Below are positions 17,799-29,529 of a stretch of DNA of 64,000 bases, in pieces (position 1 is the first letter of the stretch; every line of letters begins with the position of its first letter). The stretch is from the NCBI GenBank assembly GCA_902535505.1, contig CACATS010000002.1, positions 4,049 to 68,048 of the forward strand. Reading direction: 5' to 3'. Made by a program: the position numbers and the translations under genes. The notes below the pieces were generated by a model. The model searched no databases, was not told where the DNA came from, and worked only from the letters and a program-made list of their open reading frames with translations. Source of the DNA: an uncultured Pelagibacteraceae bacterium. GTDB taxonomy: Bacteria > Pseudomonadota > Alphaproteobacteria > Pelagibacterales > Pelagibacteraceae.

Positions 17799-20474
17799 AT
17801 GGGCCAAATTTTACTTACCGATGTTAGAAAAAAATTTTTAGATTATTTTAAAAGAAACAATCATAAGATTGTAGACTCTAGTAACTTAGTCCCAAACAAT
17901 GATCCTACCTTGATGTTTACCAACTCAGGCATGGTTCAATTTAAAAATGTTTTTACAGGTTTAGAAAAAAGAGATTATAAAACAGCTACAACATCTCAAA
18001 AATGTGTAAGAGCTGGTGGAAAACATAATGATCTAGAAAACGTAGGATACACACCAAGACACCATACTTTTTTTGAAATGCTTGGAAATTTTTCCTTTGG
18101 AGATTACTTTAAAGAGCAAGCAATTATTCATGCTTGGAATTTATTAACAAAAGATTTTCAATTGCCTAAAGAAAAACTTTCTGTCACAGTTTATCATGAA
18201 GATGAAGAGTCACTTAAGCTTTGGAAAAAAATAGCAGGTTTTAGTGATAACAAAATAATAAAAATATCAACTTCAGATAACTTTTGGTCAATGGGAGACA
18301 CTGGTCCATGTGGTCCCTGCTCAGAAATTTTCTACGATCACGGCGAAAAATTAAAAGGAGGACCCCCAGGAAGCCCAGATGAAGATGGAGATCGATTTAT
18401 TGAGATATGGAATTTAGTATTTATGCAGTACGAGCAAATTTCAAAAGATAAAAGAATAAATTTACCAAAACCATCAGTAGATACTGGAATGGGCCTTGAA
18501 CGAATGACAGCTGTCCTTCAAGGGACCCATGATAATTATAAGATCGACCACTTTAAAAAAATTATGGGTGCATCTTCTGATTTATTGAAGTCACCTATAA
18601 ATGAGTCAACTATTGCGAGTCATAGAGTTATTGCAGATCATTTAAGGGCTTGTAGTTTTTTAATTGCTGAAGGAATATTACCTTCTAATGAAGGAAGAGG
18701 ATATGTCTTAAGAAGAATCATGAGACGTGGTATGAGACATGCTCATTCTTTAGGAAGCAAAAATCCTGTTTTTTATAAGTTATTTCATATTTTATTAAAT
18801 GAAATGAAAATTAGTTATCCTGAATTAATTACTGGTAAAGAATTAATAATTGAAACTTTAAAAAATGAGGAAGAAAAATTTTCCTCTCTTTTAGAACGTG
18901 GATTGAAAATACTTGATGAAAATTTGACTAAAGTTTCAAATAAAACCTTTCCAGGATCAACAGCATTTAAATTATATGATACTTATGGTTTCCCTTCAGA
19001 TTTGACTGCTGACATATTAAAAGGAAAGGGAATTAAAGTAGATTATGTTGGTTTTGAAAAGGAGATGGAAAAAAGTAAAGCTCTTGCGCGAGCTAATTGG
19101 AAAGGGTCTGGAGATAGGTCTGTTGAAGAGAGATGGTTTAAAATAAGAGAAGAAATTAATCCAACTGAATTTTTAGGTTACGAATTTGATAAAGCAGAGG
19201 GTGTTGTTATCAAAATTTCAAAAGACGGTAAGTTTGTAGACTCAGCTAGCACTGGAGATGAGGTAGAAGTTATAACAAATCAAACTCCTTTTTATGGAGA
19301 GTCAGGAGGTCAAGTTGGTGACCAGGGTTATATTTTTAACTCAAATTGTAAAATAAAGATTAATGATACTCAGAAAAAAATGAGAGATCTATTTGTTCAT
19401 TATGGAAAAATTGAAAAAGGTTCAATTTCAATAGGGCAAAACGTTAATTTAGAAATAGATAATTTTAAAAGAAATAACTCTAAAGCTTATCATTCAGCAA
19501 CTCATTTATTACATGAGTCATTAAGAAGAACTTTAGGAAAACATGTCACTCAAAAAGGTTCGTTAGTTTCACCTGAGAGGCTAAGATTCGATTTTAGTCA
19601 TAATAAGCCTATCGCAAAAGATGAAATGACAAAAATAAATAAAATTGTAAATGAAATTGTAGCTGGCTCTACTGATGTACAGACAAGAATAATGACACCA
19701 AAAGAAGCAGTAAGCATGGGCGCATTAGCATTATTTGGTGAAAAATACGGAGAAGAAGTGAGAGTAGTTTTTATGGGAAAGGAAAATAACGGTTTTTTCT
19801 CAACTGAATTATGTGGAGGTACTCACGTTAAAAATACAAAAGAAGTTGGTAAATTTAAAGTTATAAGCCAGTCTGCGGTCGCTTCTGGAGTTAGGAGAGT
19901 AGAGGCGTTAAGAGATAAACAATTAGAAGTTTATGAAACAACGCAAAAACAAGATAAATTCCTAAAAGAATTAAATTTAAAAGATGAGATTACATTAGTT
20001 AAAAAAGAATTACAAAAACTAAAAATAAATCCAGATTATAAAGATAATTTAGATTTAAACGAAAATTTAAAAAATTTGAATAAGCAGTTTAACAAAGTAA
20101 AAATTGAAAGTATTAAAAAAGATAAAAGCAAAAATATAATTGAGGATAAAAAAATTGGAGATGTAATAATTCGAGAACAAATTTTGAAAGATTTTCCTTC
20201 TAAAGAATTAAGAAGCGTTATAGACGAGGGAAAAAAAGATATAAAATCAGGGATAGTTGTAGGTATTTCTACATTTGAAGAAAAGGTCGGTTTAGCTGTA
20301 GGAGTTACTAAAGATTTAACTTCAAAATATGATGCTGTTGATTTGGTAAAAGCCGCTTCTGTTATTCTAGGAGGCAATGGAGGTGGAGGCAGGAAAGATT
20401 TTGCTCAAGCAGGTGGAGTAAATAAAGATAAAATTACAGAAGCTTTTAAAGAAATTTCTAAAAAACTTAGTTAA
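17799..20474 (+). CDS. alaS: alanine--tRNA ligase
   Basis: [36 protein letters not shown] and [13 protein letters not shown] motifs. Confidence 0.98.
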   Translation: MGQILLTDVRKKFLDYFKRNNHKIVDSSNLVPNNDPTLMFTNSGMVQFKNVFTGLEKRDYKTATTSQKCVRAGGKHNDLENVGYTPRHHTFFEMLGNFSFGDYFKEQAIIHAWNLLTKDFQLPKEKLSVTVYHEDEESLKLWKKIAGFSDNKIIKISTSDNFWSMGDTGPCGPCSEIFYDHGEKLKGGPPGSPDEDGDRFIEIWNLVFMQYEQISKDKRINLPKPSVDTGMGLERMTAVLQGTHDNYKIDHFKKIMGASSDLLKSPINESTIASHRVIADHLRACSFLIAEGILPSNEGRGYVLRRIMRRGMRHAHSLGSKNPVFYKLFHILLNEMKISYPELITGKELIIETLKNEEEKFSSLLERGLKILDENLTKVSNKTFPGSTAFKLYDTYGFPSDLTADILKGKGIKVDYVGFEKEMEKSKALARANWKGSGDRSVEERWFKIREEINPTEFLGYEFDKAEGVVIKISKDGKFVDSASTGDEVEVITNQTPFYGESGGQVGDQGYIFNSNCKIKINDTQKKMRDLFVHYGKIEKGSISIGQNVNLEIDNFKRNNSKAYHSATHLLHESLRRTLGKHVTQKGSLVSPERLRFDFSHNKPIAKDEMTKINKIVNEIVAGSTDVQTRIMTPKEAVSMGALALFGEKYGEEVRVVFMGKENNGFFSTELCGGTHVKNTKEVGKFKVISQSAVASGVRRVEALRDKQLEVYETTQKQDKFLKELNLKDEITLVKKELQKLKINPDYKDNLDLNENLKNLNKQFNKVKIESIKKDKSKNIIEDKKIGDVIIREQILKDFPSKELRSVIDEGKKDIKSGIVVGISTFEEKVGLAVGVTKDLTSKYDAVDLVKAASVILGGNGGGGRKDFAQAGGVNKDKITEAFKEISKKLS

Positions 20475-21681
20475 GTTTTTTCTTTAAATTTACATCAATT
20501 GCTGTTAAGAATTGATTTGTTGTTAGGTATTTAGTTGATTTATCAATTAAGATTGCCAAATCCTTCGTCATTGATCCGCTCTCAACAGTTTCAATACACA
20601 CTTCTTCAATATTAGCTGAAAATTTAATTAATTCTTCATTTCCATCAAGCTTTCCTCTGTGAGCTAAACCTCTTGTCCAAGCAAATATTGAAGCAATGGG
20701 GTTTGTAGAAGTTTCTTTTCCTTGTTGGTGCATTCTATAATGTCTAGTAACAGTTCCATGCGCAGCTTCTGACTCAACAGTTTTTCCATCGGGCGACATA
20801 AGCACACTTGTCATTAATCCTAACGAACCAAATCCTTGTGCAACTGTGTCTGACTGAACGTCTCCATCATAATTTTTGCATGCCCAAATATATCCACCAT
20901 TCCACTTCATTGCACAAGCTACCATGTCATCAATTAATCTATGTTCATAAGTAATATTAGCTTTTTTAAATTTATCAGAAAATTCTTTTTCAAAAACTTC
21001 TTGAAAAAGATCTTTGAATCTTCCATCGTAAGCTTTTAGAATTGTATTTTTTGTAGATAAATAAACAGGCCATTTTCTTCCAAGTCCATAATTCATACAG
21101 GCTCTGGCGAAATTTTTTATAGAGTCATCCAAGTTATACATAGTTAAAGCAGTTCCTGATCCAGGAAAATCGAAAACTTTAAATTCTTTTTTATTTTTTC
21201 CATCTTTTGAAGTCCATTTTACTTCAAGATTGCCTTCACCAGGTATTAAAAAATCGGTAGCTCTGTACTGATCTCCAAAAGCGTGTCTACCTATCACGAT
21301 TGGCTGCGTCCAACCTGGAACTAGCTTTGGAACATTTTTACAAATAATTGGCTCTCTAAACACCGTGCCTCCTAGAATATTTCTTATTGTACCGTTTGGA
21401 GATCTCCACATTTTTTTAAGTTTGAACTCTTCTACCCTCGCTTCATCAGGTGTGATAGTTGCACATTTTACTCCCACACCATATTTTTTTATAGCATTGG
21501 CCGCGTCAATTGTTATTTGATCATCAGTCTTATCACGACTCTCCATCCCAAGGTCATAATATTTAAGTTCAATGTCTAGGTAAGGATTTATGAGTTTATC
21601 CTTAATAAATGACCATATAATTCTAGTCATTTCATCTCCATCTAACTCTACAACTGGATTTTTAACTTTTATTTTTGACAT
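20467..21681 (-). CDS. icd: NADP-dependent isocitrate dehydrogenase
   Basis: [23 protein letters not shown] and [10 protein letters not shown] motifs. Confidence 0.97.
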   Translation of the reverse strand: MSKIKVKNPVVELDGDEMTRIIWSFIKDKLINPYLDIELKYYDLGMESRDKTDDQITIDAANAIKKYGVGVKCATITPDEARVEEFKLKKMWRSPNGTIRNILGGTVFREPIICKNVPKLVPGWTQPIVIGRHAFGDQYRATDFLIPGEGNLEVKWTSKDGKNKKEFKVFDFPGSGTALTMYNLDDSIKNFARACMNYGLGRKWPVYLSTKNTILKAYDGRFKDLFQEVFEKEFSDKFKKANITYEHRLIDDMVACAMKWNGGYIWACKNYDGDVQSDTVAQGFGSLGLMTSVLMSPDGKTVESEAAHGTVTRHYRMHQQGKETSTNPIASIFAWTRGLAHRGKLDGNEELIKFSANIEEVCIETVESGSMTKDLAILIDKSTKYLTTNQFLTAIDVNLKKKLN

Positions 21682-21745
21682 AAAAAATAGATTGATAAAC
21701 TGTGATTTTTATACATATTAAGAAAAATTTAGCAAACTTAAAATT

Positions 21746-22396
21746 ATGTTTAATACAATATTTCCAAAGATCCATAAAGAAGGCTACAAATTCTTAGCAA
21801 TTTCAGTTTTACTAACTTTTGCAGCTCTATTTTTTTCAAAATTATTAGGTTTATTACTTATAATAATCTCTATCTGGGTATACTATTTTTTTAGAGATCC
21901 TGAACGTTTTTCAATTGACAATGATAGTTATTTAGTGAGTCCTGCGGATGGGCTCATAACAGATGTTTCAGAGCGATCTGGTCCAGAAGAGCTACGACTT
22001 GAAAACACTTCATTTACAAGAGTAAGTATTTTTATGAATGTTTTTAATTGCCATGTTAATAGAGTACCGGCTTCTTGTAAAGTTGAAGAAATATATTATA
22101 AACCAGGAAAATTTTTAAATGCATCTTTAGATAAAGCGTCCGAAGAAAATGAAAGAAATTATTTTAAAATAACTTCAAAAAAAGATAACGAAGAAATTGT
22201 AATTGTTCAAATAGCAGGATTGATTGCTAGAAGAATAGTTTGTGATGTTGAACAAGGCCAAGACTTAAAACAAGGAGACAGAATAGGAATGATAAGATTC
22301 GGAAGTAGAGTAGATATATATTTTAAAAATAAAAAAGTTTTAGCTAAACTTGGTCAAAATGTTGTTGCTGGAGAAAGTTTAATTGCATCTGAATAA
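21746..22396 (+). CDS. psd: phosphatidylserine decarboxylase
   Basis: FFRDPER, SPADG, HVNR and RFGSRVD cleavage motif. Confidence 0.93.
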   Translation: MFNTIFPKIHKEGYKFLAISVLLTFAALFFSKLLGLLLIIISIWVYYFFRDPERFSIDNDSYLVSPADGLITDVSERSGPEELRLENTSFTRVSIFMNVFNCHVNRVPASCKVEEIYYKPGKFLNASLDKASEENERNYFKITSKKDNEEIVIVQIAGLIARRIVCDVEQGQDLKQGDRIGMIRFGSRVDIYFKNKKVLAKLGQNVVAGESLIASE

Positions 22397-23187
22397 TGGA
22401 ACAAAATAAAAAATTTAAAATAGTTTCATCAAAGAAAACTAGATATCTTCTACCAAATATACTTACTTTAGGTGGAGTATGTCTTGGAATAAGTTCAATA
22501 AAATTCTCTATCGATGGTAATTTTAGTTTATCAGTCACTCTAATTCTTTTAGCTGCAATATTTGATGCACTTGATGGAAGAATTGCAAGATTAATAAAAG
22601 GGACGTCAGAGTTTGGAAAAGAATTAGACTCTTTAACTGATTTTGTTAGCTTTGGTATAGCCCCTGTATTTATATTATATTTTTGGGAATTGAATTCTTA
22701 CGGCAAACTTGGGTGGGCTATTGCTCTAATTTACTCTGTTTGCTGTGTGTTGAGGTTAGCTAGATTTAATTTAACTAAGCATGATGACAATCATGCATGG
22801 AAAAATAATTTTTTTGAAGGAATACCATCACCTGCTGGAGGGTTAATAATATTGATACCATTAATTTATGAATTGAGTAATTTTGATTTTGATCTCAATT
22901 TGAGATTTATCACACCTTATCTAACTATTTTCATTGCCTTGATGTTAGTGAGTAAAGTTCCAACTCCTTCACTAAAAAAGATATCGATCTCACCAAAAAC
23001 TACTATTTTTTTACTTCTGTCCGTAGGAGTGATTTTCATCGCTCTATTATTCTATACTTTTAAAACTCTTCTTTTTTTAAGTCTGATATATCTAATTATC
23101 ATACCTGTAAGTATTTTTTTCTATAAAAAACACATAAAAAAACATTCAACGCAAATATCAGATGAAGATCATGAAGATATTTTGTAA
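22396..23187 (+). CDS. pssA: CDP-diacylglycerol--serine O-phosphatidyltransferase
   Basis: DALDGRIAR...GKELDSLTD CDP-alcohol motif; RLARFN. Confidence 0.93.
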   Translation: MEQNKKFKIVSSKKTRYLLPNILTLGGVCLGISSIKFSIDGNFSLSVTLILLAAIFDALDGRIARLIKGTSEFGKELDSLTDFVSFGIAPVFILYFWELNSYGKLGWAIALIYSVCCVLRLARFNLTKHDDNHAWKNNFFEGIPSPAGGLIILIPLIYELSNFDFDLNLRFITPYLTIFIALMLVSKVPTPSLKKISISPKTTIFLLLSVGVIFIALLFYTFKTLLFLSLIYLIIIPVSIFFYKKHIKKHSTQISDEDHEDIL

Positions 23188-23813
23188 TGAAAAAATCTAA
23201 AAGATTAAAAAAAAGTAATTCTTGGAAAATTAAACAACATAGAGATCCTTTTTTTAAAAAATCAAAAATACTGGGCTACAGATCTAGAGCTTCATTTAAG
23301 TTGATTGAACTAAATGAAAAATTTAAATTTCTGAAAACCAATACGAATCTTTTAGACTTAGGCGCATGTCCAGGTAGCTGGTCACAAGTAGCGAGCAAAA
23401 TAATTACTAATGGCAAAATTTTATCGATAGATATCAAAAATATGAGTCCTATTAAAAATGTTAATTTCTATAAAAGTGATATTTTTGAAAAAACAACAAA
23501 AAATAAAATTAGAGATTTTTTTAATGGTAAATTGGATGTAATTATTTCAGATATGGCAGCAGATACTACCGGCAATAAATCACTCGATTCTATTAGGACA
23601 AATCAATTATGTTTAGAAATCCTTCATTTATCTCCTAAAGTGCTTGTTTCTAATGGAGTTTTTGTATCAAAAGTGTTTATGGGTGATGATTTTGATGAAA
23701 TTAAAAAATTAGCTAAAACTTTATTTAAAGATATAAAATTCTTTAAACCAGTATCTAGCAGAAATGAATCAAAGGAAACTTATATACATTGTAAAATTTT
23801 AAAGACTTTATAA
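23187..23813 (+). CDS. rlmE: 23S rRNA Um2552 methyltransferase
   Basis: YRSRASFKL, DLGACPGSW, SDMA and SRNESKETY motifs. Confidence 0.93.
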   Translation: MKKSKRLKKSNSWKIKQHRDPFFKKSKILGYRSRASFKLIELNEKFKFLKTNTNLLDLGACPGSWSQVASKIITNGKILSIDIKNMSPIKNVNFYKSDIFEKTTKNKIRDFFNGKLDVIISDMAADTTGNKSLDSIRTNQLCLEILHLSPKVLVSNGVFVSKVFMGDDFDEIKKLAKTLFKDIKFFKPVSSRNESKETYIHCKILKTL

Positions 23814-23839
23814 TTTTTAAAAATTGTTTATAAGTTTAT

Positions 23840-24919
23840 ATGGAAACAATAAAAGAGTCTTTAACCTTTGACGATGTATTACTAATTCCAAAATATTCTG
23901 ATGTATTGCCATCCGAAACAGATATTTCATTAAACTTAACTAAAAAAATAACTTTAAAAGTACCATTTTTATCTTCAGCTATGGATACAGTTACAGAGTC
24001 TAAAATGGCAGTGGCGATCGCACAAGCTGGTGGTGTTGGGGTTATACATAGGAACTTAAACATTAAAAAACAATCAGATGAGGTACTTAAAGTTAAGAAA
24101 AAAAAATTAATTGTAGGTGCTGCAGTTGGCACAAATTATGAAGATTTAGAAAGAGCTAGGTCATTAATTGATAATGGATGTGATTTAATTGTTATAGACA
24201 CTGCTCATGGACATAGTGCAAAAGTGCTAAAGGTGTTGTCGAAACTAAAGAAAATAAATTTAAATGTTCCTGTTTGCGTAGGTAATATTGCAACCGCGGA
24301 GGCTTCAAAAAAATTATATAATTCTGGTGCTGATATAATAAAAGTAGGAATTGGGCCTGGCTCTATATGTACTACAAGAATGGTTGCTGGTATCGGTGTC
24401 CCGCAGATTTCTGCAATTATGGAGGTCAAAGGTGCATTAAAAAACAAAAAAATTAAAATTATCTCGGATGGCGGAATAAAATTTTCTGGAGACATTGCAA
24501 AAGCTTTAGCTGCTGGAGCAGATGCTATAATGATGGGGTCTATCTTTGCAGGCACTGATGAGAGTCCAGGAAAAAAATTTAAGATAAAGGGAAAAACATA
24601 TAAACAATATAGAGGAATGGGCTCGATTGGCGCAATGTCATCAGGTTCAGCTAATAGATATTTTCAAAAAAACTTTAAAGATAAGTCAAAATTCGTACCC
24701 GAGGGAGTAGACGGAAGAGTCGAATACAAAGGTAATGTTTCGAAAATAATTTATCAATTGCAAGGAGGGTTGCGCTCCTCAATGGGATATATAGGAGCAA
24801 AAAATTTAAATCAAATTTCAAAAAATGCTAAGTTTATTAAGATTACAAAAGCAGGTTTTTATGAAAGTATGGTACATAGTGTGGAGATTACACAAAAAAC
24901 TATAAATTATAAATTATGA
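23840..24919 (+). CDS. guaB: IMP dehydrogenase lacking CBS domains
   Basis: SAMDTVT, DTAHG, GIGPGSICTTR, YRGMGS and VPEG motifs; 359 aa. Confidence 0.95.
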   Translation: METIKESLTFDDVLLIPKYSDVLPSETDISLNLTKKITLKVPFLSSAMDTVTESKMAVAIAQAGGVGVIHRNLNIKKQSDEVLKVKKKKLIVGAAVGTNYEDLERARSLIDNGCDLIVIDTAHGHSAKVLKVLSKLKKINLNVPVCVGNIATAEASKKLYNSGADIIKVGIGPGSICTTRMVAGIGVPQISAIMEVKGALKNKKIKIISDGGIKFSGDIAKALAAGADAIMMGSIFAGTDESPGKKFKIKGKTYKQYRGMGSIGAMSSGSANRYFQKNFKDKSKFVPEGVDGRVEYKGNVSKIIYQLQGGLRSSMGYIGAKNLNQISKNAKFIKITKAGFYESMVHSVEITQKTINYKL

Positions 24920-25335
24920 TATTTAGATTAAAATTAACTTTAATTTTATTGTTATTACCAAATAAGTTAATGGCAAACAATTTTTATTTTGATGAAGGTT
25001 TGAAACTTTTCGAGAGTGAAAAATTTGAAGAGGCAAAGTTTAAATTTGAACAAAACATAGTATTTAACCCAAAAAGTGAAATGTCTTATTTATATTTGTC
25101 TAAAATTTTTGAAAATTTAAAAGATAAAAATTTACAGGAAAAGAATTTAAACACAGTTATTCTTTTAAATCCGAAAAATGAAGAAGCAATTTATAATTTG
25201 GCAAAATTAAAACTGGAATCATCAGATTATCAAAAAAGTAAAGAATTGAATAGTAGACTAAACAACATTTGTGATAAATTTTGTAATCAAAGCAAAAAAT
25301 TAAAAATTGAAATTGAAAATTTATCAAAAAAGTAA
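24916..25335 (+). CDS. exported tetratricopeptide-repeat protein
   Basis: Signal-like N-terminus; TPR-like helices ending NPKSE and LNPKNEEAIYNLA. Confidence 0.65.
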   Translation: MIFRLKLTLILLLLPNKLMANNFYFDEGLKLFESEKFEEAKFKFEQNIVFNPKSEMSYLYLSKIFENLKDKNLQEKNLNTVILLNPKNEEAIYNLAKLKLESSDYQKSKELNSRLNNICDKFCNQSKKLKIEIENLSKK

Positions 25336-26895
25336 ATGCAATTTCAAAAATTTAATGAAAGTATATTAATTATTGATTTCGGATCACAAGTAACTAAATT
25401 AATAGCAAGGAGAATAAGAGATTTAGGTGTCCATTCTGAAATAGTCACTCCAAAGGAGATAAAAAAAATTAGAGATTACTCTAAAATTAGAGGCATAATA
25501 TTTTCGGGGGGACCATCATCAGTCACAAAAAGTAATTATCAAAGTGTACCAAATCATATTTTTGACAAAAAAATTCCAATCCTTGGAATATGTTATGGTT
25601 TGCAATTAATTGCGAAACTGTACGGAGGAAAAATCAAGTCATCAAATAAAAAAAGGGAGTTTGGTAGAGCTTTTATATTTAAGAAAAGTAGATCCTTGCT
25701 TACTAAAAATTTCTTTAACCCTGGAGTTGCCGTCTGGATGAGCCACGAAGATGCAGTAGTTAAACTGCCAAAAAAGTTTAAATCAATTGCTTTTACAAAA
25801 GATTCTAAATTGACAATAATTGAAAATAAAAAAGATAATATTTATGGGGTTCAATTTCATCCAGAAGTTACTCATACAGATAATGGTAAAAAGATATTTA
25901 AGAATTTTTTATTTTCTATATGTAAAGTAAAAAAGAAATGGAATGTAGCATCTCAGAAAAATAAATTAATTAAAGATATAAAAAATTTAGTCAAAAAAGA
26001 TAAAGTTATTTGTGCTCTTTCAGGAGGAGTGGATAGTAGCGTTGTAGCATTATTAATTAATAAAGCTATCAAAAAAAATTTGATTTGTATTATGGTTGAT
26101 ACTGGATTAATGCGAAAAAATGAGTTTAGGTACACTTATAAAATTTTCAAAAAAAAATATAAACTTAATGTTCACTTGATTGATGCTTCAAATATATTCT
26201 TAGGCAAACTTAAAAATATATCCAATCCTGAAAAAAAAAGGAAAATAATAGGAAATTTATTTATTAAGGTATTTGAAAGTGAGGCAAAGAGATTTAAAAA
26301 GGTAAAATACCTTGCTCAAGGTACTCTTTACCCTGATATAATTGAAAGTAAATCATCTACGGGCAGCAAAACTTCAAAAATAAAATCTCATCATAATGTC
26401 GGAGGACTGCCCAAAAAGATGAACTTAACTTTAATTGAGCCTTTAAAAGAATTTTTTAAGGATGAAGTTAGAATTCTTGGTAAGACTATAGGGTTAGAAA
26501 AAAATATTTGCCATAGACATCCGTTCCCTGGTCCCGGATTAGGTATAAGAATTATAGGAAACATAACTAAAGAAAAAATTAAAATTCTTCAGGAAGCAGA
26601 TCATATTTTTATAAATGAATTAAATAAAAATAATCTTTATGATAAAATTTGGCAAGCTTACGCTGCACTGCTCCCAATAAAAACCGTGGGAGTCATGGGG
26701 GACTCAAGAACCTATGAATTTACTTGTTTACTAAGAGCAGTCATTTCTGAAGATGGAATGACCGCTGATTATTTCAGCTTCCCGAAAGAATTTTTAGACA
26801 ATATATCAAATAAAATAATAAATAATGTGAAAGGAATTAATAGAGTAGTGTATGATATAAGCTCAAAACCACCTAGTACAATTGAATTAGAGTAA
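25336..26895 (+). CDS. guaA: GMP synthase (glutamine-hydrolysing)
   Basis: [32 protein letters not shown] and KPPSTIE motifs. Confidence 0.97.
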   Translation: MQFQKFNESILIIDFGSQVTKLIARRIRDLGVHSEIVTPKEIKKIRDYSKIRGIIFSGGPSSVTKSNYQSVPNHIFDKKIPILGICYGLQLIAKLYGGKIKSSNKKREFGRAFIFKKSRSLLTKNFFNPGVAVWMSHEDAVVKLPKKFKSIAFTKDSKLTIIENKKDNIYGVQFHPEVTHTDNGKKIFKNFLFSICKVKKKWNVASQKNKLIKDIKNLVKKDKVICALSGGVDSSVVALLINKAIKKNLICIMVDTGLMRKNEFRYTYKIFKKKYKLNVHLIDASNIFLGKLKNISNPEKKRKIIGNLFIKVFESEAKRFKKVKYLAQGTLYPDIIESKSSTGSKTSKIKSHHNVGGLPKKMNLTLIEPLKEFFKDEVRILGKTIGLEKNICHRHPFPGPGLGIRIIGNITKEKIKILQEADHIFINELNKNNLYDKIWQAYAALLPIKTVGVMGDSRTYEFTCLLRAVISEDGMTADYFSFPKEFLDNISNKIINNVKGINRVVYDISSKPPSTIELE

Positions 26896-26909
26896 ATACA
26901 ATTTAAAGC

Positions 26910-27701
26910 ATGAATAAAAAAATTCAAAATATTATAAACAAAAAAAATAAAACTAAGATTGTCAGCTTAACAGCTTATTCTAAAAATATTGCTAAAATTT
27001 TAGACAAACATTGCGATATAGTTTTAGTTGGAGACTCTTTAGCGAATGTTTTGTATGGCCTAAAAAATACTCACAAAATTAATTTAGAAAATATGATCCA
27101 ACATACTGTCAGTGTAAGAAAAGGTATTAAAAACTCTTTATTAGTAGTAGATATGCCCAAAGGTTCATATGGGAACTTAAAATCCGCAAAGAAAAATGCA
27201 AAATTATTAATGAGAAAGACTAATTGTGATGCAGTTAAAATAGAAAGTAACAATAAAAATTTTAAAATAATAAGATCTTTAGTTAAATATAATATCCCAG
27301 TTATGGGCCACATCGGTTTTACTCCACAATACAAGAAAAAATTCAAAATTGAAGGTGACTCCAAAAAAAAAGCAAATAAACTTCTTATAGAAGCAAAAAA
27401 TATTGAAAAAGCAGGAGCTTTTTCAATTGTGCTAGAGTGCGTTTACCCTAAAGCATCAAAATTAATCACTAGTAATTTAAAAATACCAACAATTGGAATC
27501 GGCTCATCGAATAATTGTGATGGGCAAATTCTTGTGACCGATGATATGCTAGGGATAAGTGGTTTTTATCCTAAATTTGTAAAAAAATACTTATCTCTTG
27601 ATAGAATTATTGAAAAAGCTATAAAAAAATATACTAGAGAAGTAAAATTAGAAAAATTTCCTTCAAAAAAAAATTTTTTAAATGGATCAAGACACAGATA
27701 A
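26910..27701 (+). CDS. panB: 3-methyl-2-oxobutanoate hydroxymethyltransferase
   Basis: LTAY, LVGDSL, GHIGFTPQ, TIGIG and DGQILV motifs. Confidence 0.93.
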   Translation: MNKKIQNIINKKNKTKIVSLTAYSKNIAKILDKHCDIVLVGDSLANVLYGLKNTHKINLENMIQHTVSVRKGIKNSLLVVDMPKGSYGNLKSAKKNAKLLMRKTNCDAVKIESNNKNFKIIRSLVKYNIPVMGHIGFTPQYKKKFKIEGDSKKKANKLLIEAKNIEKAGAFSIVLECVYPKASKLITSNLKIPTIGIGSSNNCDGQILVTDDMLGISGFYPKFVKKYLSLDRIIEKAIKKYTREVKLEKFPSKKNFLNGSRHR

Positions 27702-28191
27702 AAATCTAGAATTTACTAATAAGTTAAAATTATTTTTTATCAAACAAAAAATAAAAATAATTTTAATCTTTTTTACTTTCGTTCTCATATCAATAATTTT
27801 TTTAGCGATGAAGATTTTTCAAGAAAGAGAAAATATTTCAATTTCAGAAAAATTTATAAAAGCTAATATTTATTTATCTTCTGAAAACAAAGATAAATCA
27901 AAAGAATTGTACGAGGAAATAATAAAAAGTAAAAATAAATTTTATTCAATTTTAGCGTTAAATACGATTCTAGAGAAAGGATTGGAAAATAATGAAGATG
28001 TAATAATTAATTATTTTGACACTTTGAAAGATTTATCAATACCATCTGAACAAAAAGATCTTTTAATTTTTAAGAAAGCTTTATATTTAATTCAAATCTC
28101 AAAAACTGAAGAAGGTGAAGGTTTGTTGAGAAAACTTTCTAATTCCGACTCTTATTTGAAAAATATTTCAGATCAGATATTAGAAAATTAA
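27682..28191 (+). CDS. membrane-anchored helical protein (YfgM-like)
   Basis: N-terminal TM followed by helical repeats; sits upstream of the beta-propeller lipoprotein. Confidence 0.5.
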   Translation: MDQDTDKNLEFTNKLKLFFIKQKIKIILIFFTFVLISIIFLAMKIFQERENISISEKFIKANIYLSSENKDKSKELYEEIIKSKNKFYSILALNTILEKGLENNEDVIINYFDTLKDLSIPSEQKDLLIFKKALYLIQISKTEEGEGLLRKLSNSDSYLKNISDQILEN

Positions 28192-28203
28192 ATTTGAGAA
28201 TAA

Positions 28204-29529
28204 ATGAAAAATAAAATTATATTTCTATTTATTATTATATTCTACAGTTGTTCATTTGATAATAAATCTGGTATTTGGAAAAATGAAAATTTAATTACTA
28301 AAGACAACAATGATAGTTTCAAAGATTTTAAAAAGCTTTCAATAACTTATACTCCTTATAATAAGATAGTAAATATTAAAAAAAATTTTAAATTTAAAGC
28401 ACCTGCTTTAATCAGCGTAACTGAATGGAATGATATTTTTTTGAGTGATAATAATAATCTATTGAATCTTAAATATTCCAATTTAAATAAACAAAATTTT
28501 AGAAGTAAAAAAATTTCAAGAAAAAATATTGGTAATTATATTTTATCAGAAAATAAAAATATTATATGTAGCGATTCTTACGGGAATATATTTATTTTTT
28601 CTTTAATTGATAATAAACTAATCAATAAATTCAATTTTTATAAGAAAAAATTTAAAAATATTGAAAAAAAGTTAAATCTAATAGTAGAGAATGGGACAAT
28701 TTATGTTTCCGATAACATAGGTTTTTTGTATGCTTTTGACTATAAAAAAAACAAAGTAATTTGGGCAAAAAATTATAAAATTCCTTTTCGTTCAAATTTG
28801 AAAATATCTCAAGATAAACTATTAGCCTCAAATCAAAATAACAATCTATATTTTTTTAACAAATATTCTGGAGAAATTATTAAATTAATTCCAACGGAGG
28901 AAATAACTGTAAAAAATGAGTTCGTAAATAATTTATCTTTAGATAAAAATTACATCTTTTTTTTAAACACATATGGATCTTTATATGCTGTAACAAAAAA
29001 AGATATGGAAATAAAATGGTTCGTAAATTTGAATCAATCTTTAGATATTAACCCAAGCAATTTATTTATGGGAAATCAAATAGTCAATAATAATAAAAGA
29101 ATTGTAGTTAACTCGAACGAATCTACTTTTATCTTAGATACTGAGACGGGCACAATACTTTCTAAAAAAAAATTTAGTTCGAATTTTAAGCCAATAATTA
29201 TAGACCAATATTTTATCTCAATAAGTAAAAATAATTTTTTAATTTTAACAAATATTAACAGTGGTGAAATATTATATTCACTCGATATAAATCAAGAAAT
29301 AGCAAATTATGTAAAAAGTAAAAAAAAGGAAATTCAAATTAAAAATATAATGATAGTAAATAATAAAATCTTTATTTTTTTAAAAAACTCTTTTCTTCTT
29401 AAGTTTGATTTTAACGGTAAAATTAAGAATATTAGCAAACTTCCCAATAAGTTGAATACTTTTCCAATTATTGTCGATGGTTCAATGGTGTATTTTGATT
29501 TTAAAAATAGACTATCGGTTGTAAATTAA
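28204..29529 (+). CDS. PQQ-like beta-propeller lipoprotein (BamB-like)
   Basis: Lipobox-like FYSC; repeats GFLYAFD..VIW and GSLYAV..IKW. Confidence 0.68.
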   Translation: MKNKIIFLFIIIFYSCSFDNKSGIWKNENLITKDNNDSFKDFKKLSITYTPYNKIVNIKKNFKFKAPALISVTEWNDIFLSDNNNLLNLKYSNLNKQNFRSKKISRKNIGNYILSENKNIICSDSYGNIFIFSLIDNKLINKFNFYKKKFKNIEKKLNLIVENGTIYVSDNIGFLYAFDYKKNKVIWAKNYKIPFRSNLKISQDKLLASNQNNNLYFFNKYSGEIIKLIPTEEITVKNEFVNNLSLDKNYIFFLNTYGSLYAVTKKDMEIKWFVNLNQSLDINPSNLFMGNQIVNNNKRIVVNSNESTFILDTETGTILSKKKFSSNFKPIIIDQYFISISKNNFLILTNINSGEILYSLDINQEIANYVKSKKKEIQIKNIMIVNNKIFIFLKNSFLLKFDFNGKIKNISKLPNKLNTFPIIVDGSMVYFDFKNRLSVVN

